From Candidatus Omnitrophota bacterium (lineage in GTDB: Bacteria; Omnitrophota; Gorgyraeia; Zapsychrales; Fredricksoniimonadaceae): DNA of 64,000 nucleotides. The position numbers were made by a program, and so were the translations under genes. The notes below the pieces were generated by a model. It had not been told where the DNA came from. It did not search any database and worked only from the letters and a program-made list of their open reading frames with translations. The stretch's first letter is position 1. The number at the start of each line of letters is the position of its first letter. The stretch lies in contig CAIOPG010000009.1 of NCBI GenBank assembly GCA_903860135.1, forward strand, positions 111,805 to 175,804. The letters run 5' to 3'. This document shows, in pieces, positions 30,359 through 40,601 of the stretch.

Positions 30359-31518
30359 AGTGTGTATACCTTTTCAAGACGCTTCACAAGGTTGCGCCAG
30401 TTATATGTATCCTCCGCTCGTTTTCGTGCAGCCATAGACATTTGATAACGTAGTTCAGGATTAACCGCCAGCTTCAGGATCCCCTTTGCCATTTCACCAG
30501 GGCTTCCTGGGTGAACCAGTAAACCGGCCTCACCCAACATATTTCTGACTTCGCCCACATCACTGGCTACGATCGGCTTTCCAGCTGCCATATACTCAGC
30601 GATCTTCAATGGGCTTTTACAACGCGTGACTTTATTGTCTTCAAAAGGAGCCACACAAATATCAGCCGCAGCAATATATTCAGGAATATCAATATAGGGG
30701 ATAAAATCAGTAAAAAGAACTTTATCCTCAAGACAAAGTTCAATGGCATTTGCACGCAAGGCTTCAAGCTCTGAACCACTGCCGGCGATCATAAGTTTTA
30801 TGGTCAAATTGACATTTTCTTGCTCAATAAGCTTAAAGACCTGTAAAAGGATCTTTACATATTGGCAAGAATGCAACTGGCCATGATAAAAAACAACAAT
30901 GGAATCGCAAAGATCATGCTTCTGGCGGATATTTTCAGCCTTACGGCCGAAATGAAAGCGTGTTAGATCTGCGCCAACGGGGATCAAAACTACTTTTCTT
31001 TCATTAGCTCCCCGCTTGACAGCTAACTTCCTCAATAACTCACTCGATACACTAACACTATCCGCGAGGAAAGGGAGTGTATGTTCCATTAAAAAAAATG
31101 AAAACCATACTAAGATCGATGTGGGTGACCTTTGGGGGATAGCGCATTCAAATATCTTTTCTTCCCTATCATCCCAGTCATAATGAAGTGGTTTGCAGGC
31201 CATCAATGCCGCTAGAATTGCCGGGATCGAAGCGTAAAAATGCGCTTTCTGAAGATGAATGATATCTACTGTACGCGCAAATTTATAAAGCACCGCCGTA
31301 TTCTTGATGAATGACCTTATAGAAATCTTTCTGTTGAGAGGAATAATATAAACACCGCGAATGGTGTCACGGTAATGCATTTTCATAGGAAAGTATGCCA
31401 AAGTAACCGTGTGATCATGATAAACCAGTTCTTCGGCGAATTTCTTAATACGGATCGTCCATGGTTCCATGGGCGAATATAAATCATGAGGATGGATCAT
31501 TAAAACTTTCATCATCAA
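30355..31518 (-). CDS. GT4 glycosyltransferase
   Basis: SPLKIAEYMAAGKPIVASDVG motif. Confidence 0.9.
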   Translation of the reverse strand: MMMKVLMIHPHDLYSPMEPWTIRIKKFAEELVYHDHTVTLAYFPMKMHYRDTIRGVYIIPLNRKISIRSFIKNTAVLYKFARTVDIIHLQKAHFYASIPAILAALMACKPLHYDWDDREEKIFECAIPQRSPTSILVWFSFFLMEHTLPFLADSVSVSSELLRKLAVKRGANERKVVLIPVGADLTRFHFGRKAENIRQKHDLCDSIVVFYHGQLHSCQYVKILLQVFKLIEQENVNLTIKLMIAGSGSELEALRANAIELCLEDKVLFTDFIPYIDIPEYIAAADICVAPFEDNKVTRCKSPLKIAEYMAAGKPIVASDVGEVRNMLGEAGLLVHPGSPGEMAKGILKLAVNPELRYQMSMAARKRAEDTYNWRNLVKRLEKVYTL

Positions 31519-33158
31519 CCACCTGGAAAAACAATGGTTTTACGGAAGAACTTTATCGTTTGTAAACAACCAGTAAGAAAGAAATGATACCCGGCTAATA
31601 AAAATATTAGCGGGAGAAACAGTAACCGTCTGAAAAATATACGCCGGGAAGCTTTTATGATATGCGTATTATTTTGTAATATTCTCTGGGCATTCAGTGG
31701 ACTTTCTCCGTCATAAATACCGATAAAATTCGTCTGTATACTTAATCCGCGCAAGAATTCGTAGATCTCTTTTATGCGCTGTTTTCTAATGAAAGGCGTA
31801 TTCTTGCCATCTAATGTTTCCCATGCTTCACACGCATCTTTCCCAGGCGGACAAACAATGCTGAATTTCTCGGGGAATATTTCAAGGTCGGTCAAAGCAG
31901 TAATATGGCATGGATTAAGGCTAGACACGGTATCCAGATGATCACGAATTTCTTCCAGATTTTTCTTTGTAAGCTGGAAATCCTGTTCTGTTTCGCCAGG
32001 AAAGCCTATGATCAGATTGATCCATGTATTGATACCGGCTTTTTTTGTGTTTTCTAAAACCACGTTGATATCAGCAAAACAGAATGGTTTCCCCATCATC
32101 TTCAGTACATTGTCAGACAAACTCTCAACACCATAAATGATGGTTGTCATGCCAGCCTGTTTTAATTTACGCAACAAGGCGGGCTTCATGTCTGTCCGAA
32201 CAATGCCCTGGGCCGTCCAATGAATAGTTAAGCCTGCGGCCATAATAAGATCTGCCAATTCGTCGAGGACATTCAGGTTCCCATTAAATAATAAATCATT
32301 ACAACGAAAAGTCTTCTTGCCTAAATGATCGCGCACTGTTTTCATCTCTTCAAAAATATTTTTTGCCGAACGGAAACGAAAACGAGCATCCCACATCCGC
32401 CAATCATTACAAAAAGTACAGCGATTGACACACCCCCGGCTGAATAGAATAGGCATTTCTCCCTGGACATCATACTTCTTTAATGGGAATTTATGCCAGG
32501 CAGGAAATGGGAGTGTATCAAGATTGGAGATACAGGGGGCTTGCTCGATCTTGCCATAATTCCCTGTAACCACAGGAACAATACCCGCACGTTTAACTGG
32601 ACGATTGGCAATACATGCAGAAACTATTTCAAAGAAAGATTCCTCCCCTTCTCCGGCAACGATAAAATCAACAACGCCCTCAGGCAGTAATGATGCCGCA
32701 TGATGGTTGGAGGTCAAAAAACGAAAAGGCATAGGATTTTCATGCAAAAAGCAGCACGAAGAACCGCCAAAAACAATACGGATATTCTGTGCCTTCTCGC
32801 GTAAAGCTTTAGCCATTTCAATCGAAAAAAGAATATTAGCCCCATGGAGCGAAAACCCTACAATCTTAAATTTCTTATCAATAATATTCTGAACGGCTGA
32901 CTGAATAGCCGTCGAAAACTTTTCTTTGATAAATGGGAACATATTTTCTTGAGACCAAAGATGAAAGTTCTCCATCTGCCATAATCGGCGGTCTTCTGTG
33001 CCGGCAGAAGAATACAATGAAATATTTAGATCCATCACATCGCACAAAATGCCTTTATGCTCAAGATACGCGGCAATATAAGCAATGCCGATGGGCGGAA
33101 GACATGTTCCCCACATAGGACAGATCACCAGCAGAACATCTCTGGATAACGGCATCAT
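31515..33158 (-). CDS. B12-binding radical SAM enzyme with hydrophobic C-terminus
   Basis: PPIGIAYIAA, GEGE, SRGCVNRCTFC, IIGFPGET; paralog of 21597-23081. Confidence 0.9.
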   Translation of the reverse strand: MMPLSRDVLLVICPMWGTCLPPIGIAYIAAYLEHKGILCDVMDLNISLYSSAGTEDRRLWQMENFHLWSQENMFPFIKEKFSTAIQSAVQNIIDKKFKIVGFSLHGANILFSIEMAKALREKAQNIRIVFGGSSCCFLHENPMPFRFLTSNHHAASLLPEGVVDFIVAGEGEESFFEIVSACIANRPVKRAGIVPVVTGNYGKIEQAPCISNLDTLPFPAWHKFPLKKYDVQGEMPILFSRGCVNRCTFCNDWRMWDARFRFRSAKNIFEEMKTVRDHLGKKTFRCNDLLFNGNLNVLDELADLIMAAGLTIHWTAQGIVRTDMKPALLRKLKQAGMTTIIYGVESLSDNVLKMMGKPFCFADINVVLENTKKAGINTWINLIIGFPGETEQDFQLTKKNLEEIRDHLDTVSSLNPCHITALTDLEIFPEKFSIVCPPGKDACEAWETLDGKNTPFIRKQRIKEIYEFLRGLSIQTNFIGIYDGESPLNAQRILQNNTHIIKASRRIFFRRLLFLPLIFLLAGYHFFLTGCLQTIKFFRKTIVFPGG

Positions 33159-35893
33159 TATTTCACCATTCTGGCTATGCTTTTGAATAAAAACTTCTGA
33201 AAAGGAGATAATGATTTAAGGTGTTGTTTGACGATCATATTCCTGCCGATATCATCACAGCTTTTATAACAACCCGTCTTACAGTTTTCATCATTACCAA
33301 TGAAATTAAAGAAATTATCATCTTTGTTGGAACTTAATGCTTTTTGACGGAATTCACATTGTTGTTGAGAATTCCATATCTCATGAAAAGAATGCTTGTA
33401 TATGTTACCTACAGGCATACGATGCGCTTTTAAACAAAAGTTAACATCCCCATCGGACATGATCCGGCTGAAAACCCATCCCACATAACATGGAGAATCC
33501 GCAAGCAAACCACTATCATATTGAGCATCCTCAGCTCCTGAATCAGAAATTCGACGCATAAAATGCTCAAGGTTACTCACGATGACCCGTAATGTCTTGG
33601 CTTGAATACGACGGCACTGTTCAAGAACAGCTTCGCGCTGGTCTTTATTTAGGATTAAACTATCGGTAGCATCAGGGATCGTATCAACAACAGTAAATTC
33701 AACACACTCGGATCGCGTCTGCTCGGCAAAATCAACCATTTGTTCAACTTCCATAAAATTCAAGTTAGAAATCACATTATAAATCTTTACACGCGGGCCA
33801 CGATGCTTTTTAAGTGAATTAAGCATTGTTAACGTGGACTTTAAACGATAAAAGGTTGCTTCGTCTTTGTTGGGATGGGTCAGTACATACGTTTGTGGCG
33901 TAGCCGCCCATATGCTGACAGTCATCTCGTCCAAACCCATATAAATAAGCCGCCTCACGACGATCTCATTGACAAGGGTAAAATTGGTATTGACACAACA
34001 GTGCATCCCTCTATGTTTGGCATGTCCGAGGATTTGGAGTATATCCGGATGCATAAATGGTTCACCACCACCAGAGAAAAACAACTCACGGGTGCCCAGC
34101 TGAGCCAATTCATCAATAATGCTTTCGGCAAGATATAAGGGGATAGTCTTGTGACGCCGGGCCCCGGTATACTGACGATCACGCAATAACGGGGAATTAC
34201 ACCAACAACTGACACAATTATTATTGCACTTACTGGTTAGATCAATCTGAACGCAATCTGGCCCCTTGAAAGCACGTGAGCCGTGGTATATCCCCAGAAT
34301 ATTAAGTATATTCTTTTTTATTTTCTTTAATATTACTTCCTTCGTACGCCAGAATGTTTTCAAATGAATGCCCATGGCTTTAACTTTGATGCGCACGCGT
34401 GATACAGCGCTTGAAACACCTAGAACACCATGTACACGAATATACACAAACAATCGTCTCAGCATCTTGTAAAGATCTTGGTGCATCCAATGGCCTTGCC
34501 ACTTATTCAAATATTCTTGGAACGAAGATAACTGTCGAGGCCTTGTTTTGTACACATGCGCCAGCCATATCGTATCCGCCGTTCTCTTGGCTTTCTGGAG
34601 ATCAGTAGCACTCATATGTTCGGTCCTGAGCATCGAACGCGCATTGCCGTCGTAATCGTTCAAATTACGCGAAACCACAAAACCTTTTTGCAATAGTTCG
34701 TCGAAATAACTCGTGCCAGGAAAAGCCGTGTTTATCGAAAATTGTAACGAATCAGGATCGAGCGATAATGCCAGGTCAATGGTTTTCTTTACTGTCTGAC
34801 GGGTTTCTCCGGGCAGACCAAAAGAAAATGTCAAATGAGTCTTTATGCCTATGGCTTTTGTAAAACGGATCATTCTTTCTGCCTTGACAATATCCAGTCC
34901 TTTGTTGATATTATCAAGAAGTTGCTGGTCAGCCGATTCGACTCCATATTTGATCGCCTCAAGTCCCGCCGCGCGTAAGGCCAGAAGGATATCTTCATCC
35001 ATGATATCGGCACGCGCCATCATGGCCCAGGGAACATTTAATCCCCGGCGCAGGATTTCTTTTGAGAATTCCATCATTCTCAATTTCCCGATATTAGCTG
35101 TGTCATCGTCGAAGTAAATCGACTTAAATCCCTTTTGACGGACAAGAAATTCCATCTCGTCAACGACATCCTTGATGCTGCGCGTCCGGTATCGACGTGT
35201 GCCATACATCAACTGGGGCCAGACACAGAAAGAGCAATGATAGGGACAGCCTCGTGATGCCCACATCTGCACACTGGGCAACGGTATGCCTCCAGGCGTA
35301 TCATTATATTTATGCATGGGCAAACCATCGCGCGCAGGCCATGGCAGATCATCAAGATGCTCAAGTAATGGACGCACCGGATTGATCATGACATGAGCTT
35401 TATCGCGCCAGATCAACCCTAAAACACCTGTCCCGTCTTTCTTGGTAGAAAGCCTGCGAACAAGTTCAAGCAATGTAATTTCATACTCACCTTGCAGGAC
35501 ATAATTTATACGGGGATTTCTTTCAAGAAAACCAGTGGTACGAATATTTATTTCCGGGCCACATAACGCTACCGGCAAGTCCTTGGGAATACGATTAAGA
35601 ATATGGAGGTCATTGTCGAGAGATGGCGCGGATGTCTCACCTACCAATAGATCCCATCCGCCGGAAACAACCGTTTGGATGAATTTAGCGACAGGCATTT
35701 CATCAGCTAAAGCATCCAGAACTGTAACCTCAAAACCTTGTTGCTTCAAAAGAGCTGCGGCATACGCCATGAAAAAAGGGTATGGCAAATATTTTTTTTC
35801 TTCGGCTGTCTTGATGTGCGGCCAACGAGATCCAGCCCGCACGCCCCAGTAACGCCCTTTTTTCCAAGGGAAGTTGGCCAAAAGGATTTTCAT
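33158..35893 (-). CDS. Tandem fusion: HpnJ-like B12 radical SAM + radical SAM/SPASM
   Basis: RAGSRW N-terminus and SRGCPYHCSFC; second domain CNNNCVSC, GGGEPF and C-terminal Cys cluster. Confidence 0.85.
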   Translation of the reverse strand: MKILLANFPWKKGRYWGVRAGSRWPHIKTAEEKKYLPYPFFMAYAAALLKQQGFEVTVLDALADEMPVAKFIQTVVSGGWDLLVGETSAPSLDNDLHILNRIPKDLPVALCGPEINIRTTGFLERNPRINYVLQGEYEITLLELVRRLSTKKDGTGVLGLIWRDKAHVMINPVRPLLEHLDDLPWPARDGLPMHKYNDTPGGIPLPSVQMWASRGCPYHCSFCVWPQLMYGTRRYRTRSIKDVVDEMEFLVRQKGFKSIYFDDDTANIGKLRMMEFSKEILRRGLNVPWAMMARADIMDEDILLALRAAGLEAIKYGVESADQQLLDNINKGLDIVKAERMIRFTKAIGIKTHLTFSFGLPGETRQTVKKTIDLALSLDPDSLQFSINTAFPGTSYFDELLQKGFVVSRNLNDYDGNARSMLRTEHMSATDLQKAKRTADTIWLAHVYKTRPRQLSSFQEYLNKWQGHWMHQDLYKMLRRLFVYIRVHGVLGVSSAVSRVRIKVKAMGIHLKTFWRTKEVILKKIKKNILNILGIYHGSRAFKGPDCVQIDLTSKCNNNCVSCWCNSPLLRDRQYTGARRHKTIPLYLAESIIDELAQLGTRELFFSGGGEPFMHPDILQILGHAKHRGMHCCVNTNFTLVNEIVVRRLIYMGLDEMTVSIWAATPQTYVLTHPNKDEATFYRLKSTLTMLNSLKKHRGPRVKIYNVISNLNFMEVEQMVDFAEQTRSECVEFTVVDTIPDATDSLILNKDQREAVLEQCRRIQAKTLRVIVSNLEHFMRRISDSGAEDAQYDSGLLADSPCYVGWVFSRIMSDGDVNFCLKAHRMPVGNIYKHSFHEIWNSQQQCEFRQKALSSNKDDNFFNFIGNDENCKTGCYKSCDDIGRNMIVKQHLKSLSPFQKFLFKSIARMVK

Positions 35894-35897
35894 AAAC

Positions 35898-36188
35898 TCA
35901 CAGGCCCCTCACTTTTTGATCAACAAGATCCCTGATCTCCTGCTTTAAAGCGTTAGCATATTGTCCGGAACGTTCCATATTGGAAAGGATCCTGGCAAAG
36001 TCATGTCGAATTTCAAATATCAACTGCCCCATGATGGCCAATAGCCTTAATAAAAACCAGCTAATAAAGCTTCCAAAAACCATCAACCAGAAAGATAACA
36101 TCATCGGTGTAAAGAAAAATACGGCCATGAAGATACCTGCCGCTAAAAGGATGTGCGCGAATAATTTGATGTAACGTGTTGTTCTCAT
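35898..36188 (-). CDS. Small membrane protein (2 TM + helical tail)
   Basis: 96-aa ORF coupled to the Wzt-like gene stop; GGAG RBS. Confidence 0.65.
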   Translation of the reverse strand: MRTTRYIKLFAHILLAAGIFMAVFFFTPMMLSFWLMVFGSFISWFLLRLLAIMGQLIFEIRHDFARILSNMERSGQYANALKQEIRDLVDQKVRGL

Positions 36189-38518
36189 TAAATCTCTCCT
36201 CCGATATTTATAAAGCCTTTAAAAAAGTTATACTCTCCAGCCTCAACAAAAGATTCCTCTTGTTTATGTACCCGCGAGCAATGCAATAATCTGGATTCCG
36301 CCCCATGAAGATGCGCCGCATTTTCAAGCATGATCCTCTGCTGGGGCAACAGATCCGGGATAAATGCAAGCGCTGGCATGGCATCCCCACGCAAAAGCAA
36401 GCCATGATGACCATCTGCTGCACGTGAAGACAGACAAATCCTGAAGAAATCATCTAGCGTAACATCTTCGGGGAAGACATGAACAGCCTCTCCCGCAGAC
36501 CAATGCCGGTACACAGGATCAAGCATAAGGGCTGTCTCATAGACCTTTAACGGGCAGGCTTTTAAAACCTGCATGGATAGATCCAAACGTATCTTTGTAT
36601 CCGAAACAAGTTGAATATCCCATATTTGAGAAACAGGGAGCCATGGCCAACGCCCCACAACGACCAATCGATCAACACCGGCAGATATGACACGCCAAAG
36701 GGCTTGTGTTGAATCATACCAGATCCCATCCGCATATAGCGATGTATACAACCCCATCCCTGTGGTAAGAACATTGGGTGTATGACGTAAACAACACTGG
36801 CCTTCCGAAAAATGTAGATTGAGTTCCATTTTCGTTAAAGTATGGGCAACAACGTTATGATGCGGCAGGATACTACTGCTTTCGTCACGAACCTGTTCGG
36901 ACATCACTTGAAAAGAATAATGATGTTTAATGATAGGTTGCGGATACAATAATTCTTTATCCGCTACGGTTAAGAAATAAAAACAGATTTTACCTTCAGT
37001 ATGCGCATAAGACGCTGTGATCTGATTATCCTGTGATGATACGCACAATACATCATTCTTCAAGCCCATGAAAAACCCTTTTTCTTTTCCACAAAACGAT
37101 GAGTTTTTCATTACCCCAGGCTGGCTGAGCAAACGACACTCCGTGCGCAAACTATCGACAGGTTGTTCATCTAAAGATCGCGTTTCTACCCGGAAATCAA
37201 TGTTCCCATCGGACATGAGGACCCATCGCCAAATTTGAGTCACATGTACCGGCTTAGGCCATCTTAAAAAACAAAGAATAAATGTTTTTGAAACTTTTAT
37301 GATCCTCCAACTGGCCGCAGAAGAAGAAACATCTTTAAAACGTCCTTTATTAAACAAAGTGCGGATACCATCATCATCAGTTAACAAATTATCACTGGAA
37401 AATATTTGCACCCCTAAATTCTGAGGAGATGCAACAACAACCCTGAATCCTTGCGCATCCAAAAGTTCCACGGGGCCCGATCTTCTTGCCTTATTACAAT
37501 TAGTGCGCGACTCCTGGGCCTTACGCCAAATATCCTGCTCATACCGGATGCGTTCTTGCAATTCAAGACTGTTCCGCTGCTCCTGGTCCAAACGCCATTC
37601 AGCTTGTTCGTGACGGATGCGTTCCGCCTGCGCTTTATGCCAGGCCGTTTGCTCAAGTATATTTCTTTCTTCCTGGGCCTTAAGCCAAATTTCTTGATCC
37701 AGTCTACGACGATTTTCTTCATCCTGTTGTCGATCAGCCGCCGCGGCTCTTTCACGTAGATCATCCGCAACTATTTTTGCTCCAAGATATTTATAGGAAC
37801 TTTTATCAACATCTAATGGTAAAAGATACGCCTGAACAACCTCATCGAGCGGGCCATCCTGAAGAATATTACCTTGCCTAAGATACAAACCCCGTGTACA
37901 AACTTGCCGGGCTGTACCAAAATCATGCGTCACAAAGATAATGGTTTTATTCTTTGATTTGAACTCCAATACTTTATCAATACATTTAATCCGGAATCCG
38001 TCATCTCCGACGGCAAGGCAATCATCGATCAGCAAGATGTCCGGATCAACATGAATGGCCAGACTGAACGCCAGACGAACGTACATCCCTTGTGAATAAC
38101 AACGCACCGGAACATCAATAAATTTCCCAATATCCGCAAACCGGAGGATCTGCTCAAGTTTGCTGTTGAGCTCCTCCCGGCTAAAATCATACAGGCTCGC
38201 ATTAAGAAGGAGGTTATCCCGTCCGGTTAATTCCGAATGGAACCCGGCACCAAGATCCAGCAAGCTCGACACTCGGCCATGGATCCTGACCTGACCTTTT
38301 TCTGGCTTCAATAAACCCGCCAAAATACGCAACAGGGTCGACTTCCCGGCACCATTAGGACCGATAATAGCTACAGCTTCACCTTTATGGACAGAAAAAG
38401 ACACATCCTGAAGCGCCTTAAAATTCTCGCGTATGATCTGAGTTTCAGTCTTGATCTCTAATTGATAAGTCTCCGAGATATTGGTCAATTCTATGGCTGT
38501 ATTGTTTTCTGATGTCAT
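36188..38518 (-). CDS. wzt: Polysaccharide ABC exporter ATPase (Wzt/TagH-like) with extended C-terminus
   Basis: GPNGAGKST, LGAGFHSELTGRDN, YSQGMYVRLAFS, LAVGDDGF; about 530 extra C-terminal residues. Confidence 0.88.
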   Translation of the reverse strand: MTSENNTAIELTNISETYQLEIKTETQIIRENFKALQDVSFSVHKGEAVAIIGPNGAGKSTLLRILAGLLKPEKGQVRIHGRVSSLLDLGAGFHSELTGRDNLLLNASLYDFSREELNSKLEQILRFADIGKFIDVPVRCYSQGMYVRLAFSLAIHVDPDILLIDDCLAVGDDGFRIKCIDKVLEFKSKNKTIIFVTHDFGTARQVCTRGLYLRQGNILQDGPLDEVVQAYLLPLDVDKSSYKYLGAKIVADDLRERAAAADRQQDEENRRRLDQEIWLKAQEERNILEQTAWHKAQAERIRHEQAEWRLDQEQRNSLELQERIRYEQDIWRKAQESRTNCNKARRSGPVELLDAQGFRVVVASPQNLGVQIFSSDNLLTDDDGIRTLFNKGRFKDVSSSAASWRIIKVSKTFILCFLRWPKPVHVTQIWRWVLMSDGNIDFRVETRSLDEQPVDSLRTECRLLSQPGVMKNSSFCGKEKGFFMGLKNDVLCVSSQDNQITASYAHTEGKICFYFLTVADKELLYPQPIIKHHYSFQVMSEQVRDESSSILPHHNVVAHTLTKMELNLHFSEGQCCLRHTPNVLTTGMGLYTSLYADGIWYDSTQALWRVISAGVDRLVVVGRWPWLPVSQIWDIQLVSDTKIRLDLSMQVLKACPLKVYETALMLDPVYRHWSAGEAVHVFPEDVTLDDFFRICLSSRAADGHHGLLLRGDAMPALAFIPDLLPQQRIMLENAAHLHGAESRLLHCSRVHKQEESFVEAGEYNFFKGFINIGGEI

Positions 38519-39288
38519 ATGCGTTGAAGGAATTTATGTTCTTTATTTAAAAAAATAAACGCGCCTGTAAATAAAGCCAGCATAGATAAAGCTATAGATA
38601 TACCAAACTCGACAAAATCCCATGGGACTCCGTTTAATAATGCCGCCCTGAACAACATCAAGAATGGATAAAATGGATTCCAATCGATCACCACCCTGAA
38701 TTCTGCTGGAACAATATCCACAGCATAGAATACAGGCGTAAGCCATAACCAAAATGTCAAAAAAGTATTCAACATATGCGTAATATCACGCCATTGTACC
38801 GACAAACCGGATAATACCAAAGACAATCCGAGGGTAAATATAAACAATGTAATTAAAGCCACTCCTAATAAAGGTAAAACCATCAACCGTTGCACATCGA
38901 TCATAATAAACAATGGTAAAACGGCTAAAAGACCAATTAAAAATATAACAAAATTTGCCAGTACAACTGAAAGAGGAATGATTTCCCGTGGTAACGGGAA
39001 TTGTTTTAAAACAGCCGCATGCGCGGGGATCGACATAGCTGCTTCCTGTAATGAACCGGCAAAGAACGTCCATGGCAGTAAACCAGAAAGAATATAAAGA
39101 TAAAAGTTGGTAGATGACATCCTGAGAATATGCGTAAACACAAAACTGATGATCAGCGCCAGCAATAACGGATTTATAAATGCCCACAACATCCCCAAAA
39201 AAGAACCGGCATATTTCGCTCTCAGGTTCTTGTTGACCAGATTCCAAATAATTTCACGATGAGTAAAGAATAAAGAAAATATTTTCAC
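38515..39288 (-). CDS. wzm: Polysaccharide ABC exporter permease (Wzm)
   Basis: KYAGSFLGMLWAFINPL, GLLPWTFF, LTPVFY, NPF. Confidence 0.9.
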   Translation of the reverse strand: MKIFSLFFTHREIIWNLVNKNLRAKYAGSFLGMLWAFINPLLLALIISFVFTHILRMSSTNFYLYILSGLLPWTFFAGSLQEAAMSIPAHAAVLKQFPLPREIIPLSVVLANFVIFLIGLLAVLPLFIMIDVQRLMVLPLLGVALITLFIFTLGLSLVLSGLSVQWRDITHMLNTFLTFWLWLTPVFYAVDIVPAEFRVVIDWNPFYPFLMLFRAALLNGVPWDFVEFGISIALSMLALFTGAFIFLNKEHKFLQRI

Positions 39289-40601
39289 AATAAGATCAAT
39301 CCTGGGTCATTAAGCATGCGCGGAATCCCCTTGCCTTCCAGTATCACATCTTCCATCGACATATACCGCCAACCACCATAACGGCCACAGCACAGCACCC
39401 GGTGCTTGCGTAAAAAAGCAAGGATGACTTGCCGGGCAGACGCGTAATTATTGTCATAAATAGGATAGCCAAAAACAATATCATTAACATCACGGCATTC
39501 AATATTATCTCCAGTATTTAACAAACCTACTTTCCTGAGATCTTTTTCAATACGCGCAATAATAGTTTCCCTGTTTATCGGTTTATACCTGGAATAGGAA
39601 ACTTCAGCATATAAAGAAGTCATACCGGGTGGCGTTAAATCAGCAGAGAAATTATGAAAAAAGCCGACTCTAAAGAAACACAGGTTTTCTTGAGGGAAAT
39701 ATATCCAATGCCGCGAAGATGGATTCTCTTGCCGTAACCCAAAATTAACATTAAATATTGAATTCCAGCGGAGTGCTCCGAAAGCCCGCGCCACATCAGC
39801 AGGAAGATCCTTGATTAAACTCCCAAGTTCGGGCAAAGGGATGGTTGAAACAAGATCGCTGAATTCTCTCTTCTCGCCATTGGTAAAGACCATCCGTCTT
39901 TGTTGCAGATCTATCTCTGCCAGACAAAAATTATGATAGATATTGCGGATATCATTGGCGAATGCTGAAGCCAACTGTCCTATCCCACCTTTACGCGGAT
40001 ACCAGAAATGCGAGTTATAGCCCAACAATTGACGGCTATCATGTACAGCCCCATCGATCACACGATCCATACTGGGCAGAGGGATAAAGCCATCCAACCA
40101 TTCCCCGGTCATCTGCCGTGGATGAACAGTCCAGAACTTTGTATTGTACGGGATCATAAAATGACCTGCTATTCCGTCGCCAAAAGTTCCTTCGATCCAC
40201 TTTAGAAAGTTTTCTTTTCCGGGATCTTGCGTGGTGCGTTTAGCCTTGATGAATCCGGTCAAACATTCCTTAAGAACAGGCCGCGATAAACCATAAAGAT
40301 TCGCCTGAAATGGATAACGGATATAACGTTCATCACAATAAACCCAGGAATCCCGGCGATGCTTGACAAGATTATCTTTCAATAATTTACGCACAAGATC
40401 AAAAACTTCTCGATGACGAAAATGTAAAACATGACCATCATAATCAAACGTGAAACCACTGATCTTCTTGGAACGGCACAACCCCCCCGATGTTGTATTC
40501 TTTTCATAAAGACAACACGGGATATCTCTTTCTTGTAAATGCCATGCTGTGCTTAAGCCAGCCAGTCCAGCACCAATGATACTCACACCATTACGCGCCA
40601 T
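39285..40601 (-). CDS. FAD-dependent oxidoreductase (UDP-galactopyranose mutase-like / protoporphyrinogen oxidase superfamily)
   Basis: GAGLAG Rossmann motif, FDYDGH, YPFQANL, GRYGGWRYMSME. Confidence 0.75.
   Translation of the reverse strand: MARNGVSIIGAGLAGLSTAWHLQERDIPCCLYEKNTTSGGLCRSKKISGFTFDYDGHVLHFRHREVFDLVRKLLKDNLVKHRRDSWVYCDERYIRYPFQANLYGLSRPVLKECLTGFIKAKRTTQDPGKENFLKWIEGTFGDGIAGHFMIPYNTKFWTVHPRQMTGEWLDGFIPLPSMDRVIDGAVHDSRQLLGYNSHFWYPRKGGIGQLASAFANDIRNIYHNFCLAEIDLQQRRMVFTNGEKREFSDLVSTIPLPELGSLIKDLPADVARAFGALRWNSIFNVNFGLRQENPSSRHWIYFPQENLCFFRVGFFHNFSADLTPPGMTSLYAEVSYSRYKPINRETIIARIEKDLRKVGLLNTGDNIECRDVNDIVFGYPIYDNNYASARQVILAFLRKHRVLCCGRYGGWRYMSMEDVILEGKGIPRMLNDPGLILL

Noticed and set aside
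21597-35893. RiPP cluster (radical SAM/SPASM + AsnB as lasso cyclase)
   Set aside because: No precursor peptide or B protein seen; AsnB retains its glutaminase Cys; genes are interleaved with glycosyltransferases and Wzm/Wzt.
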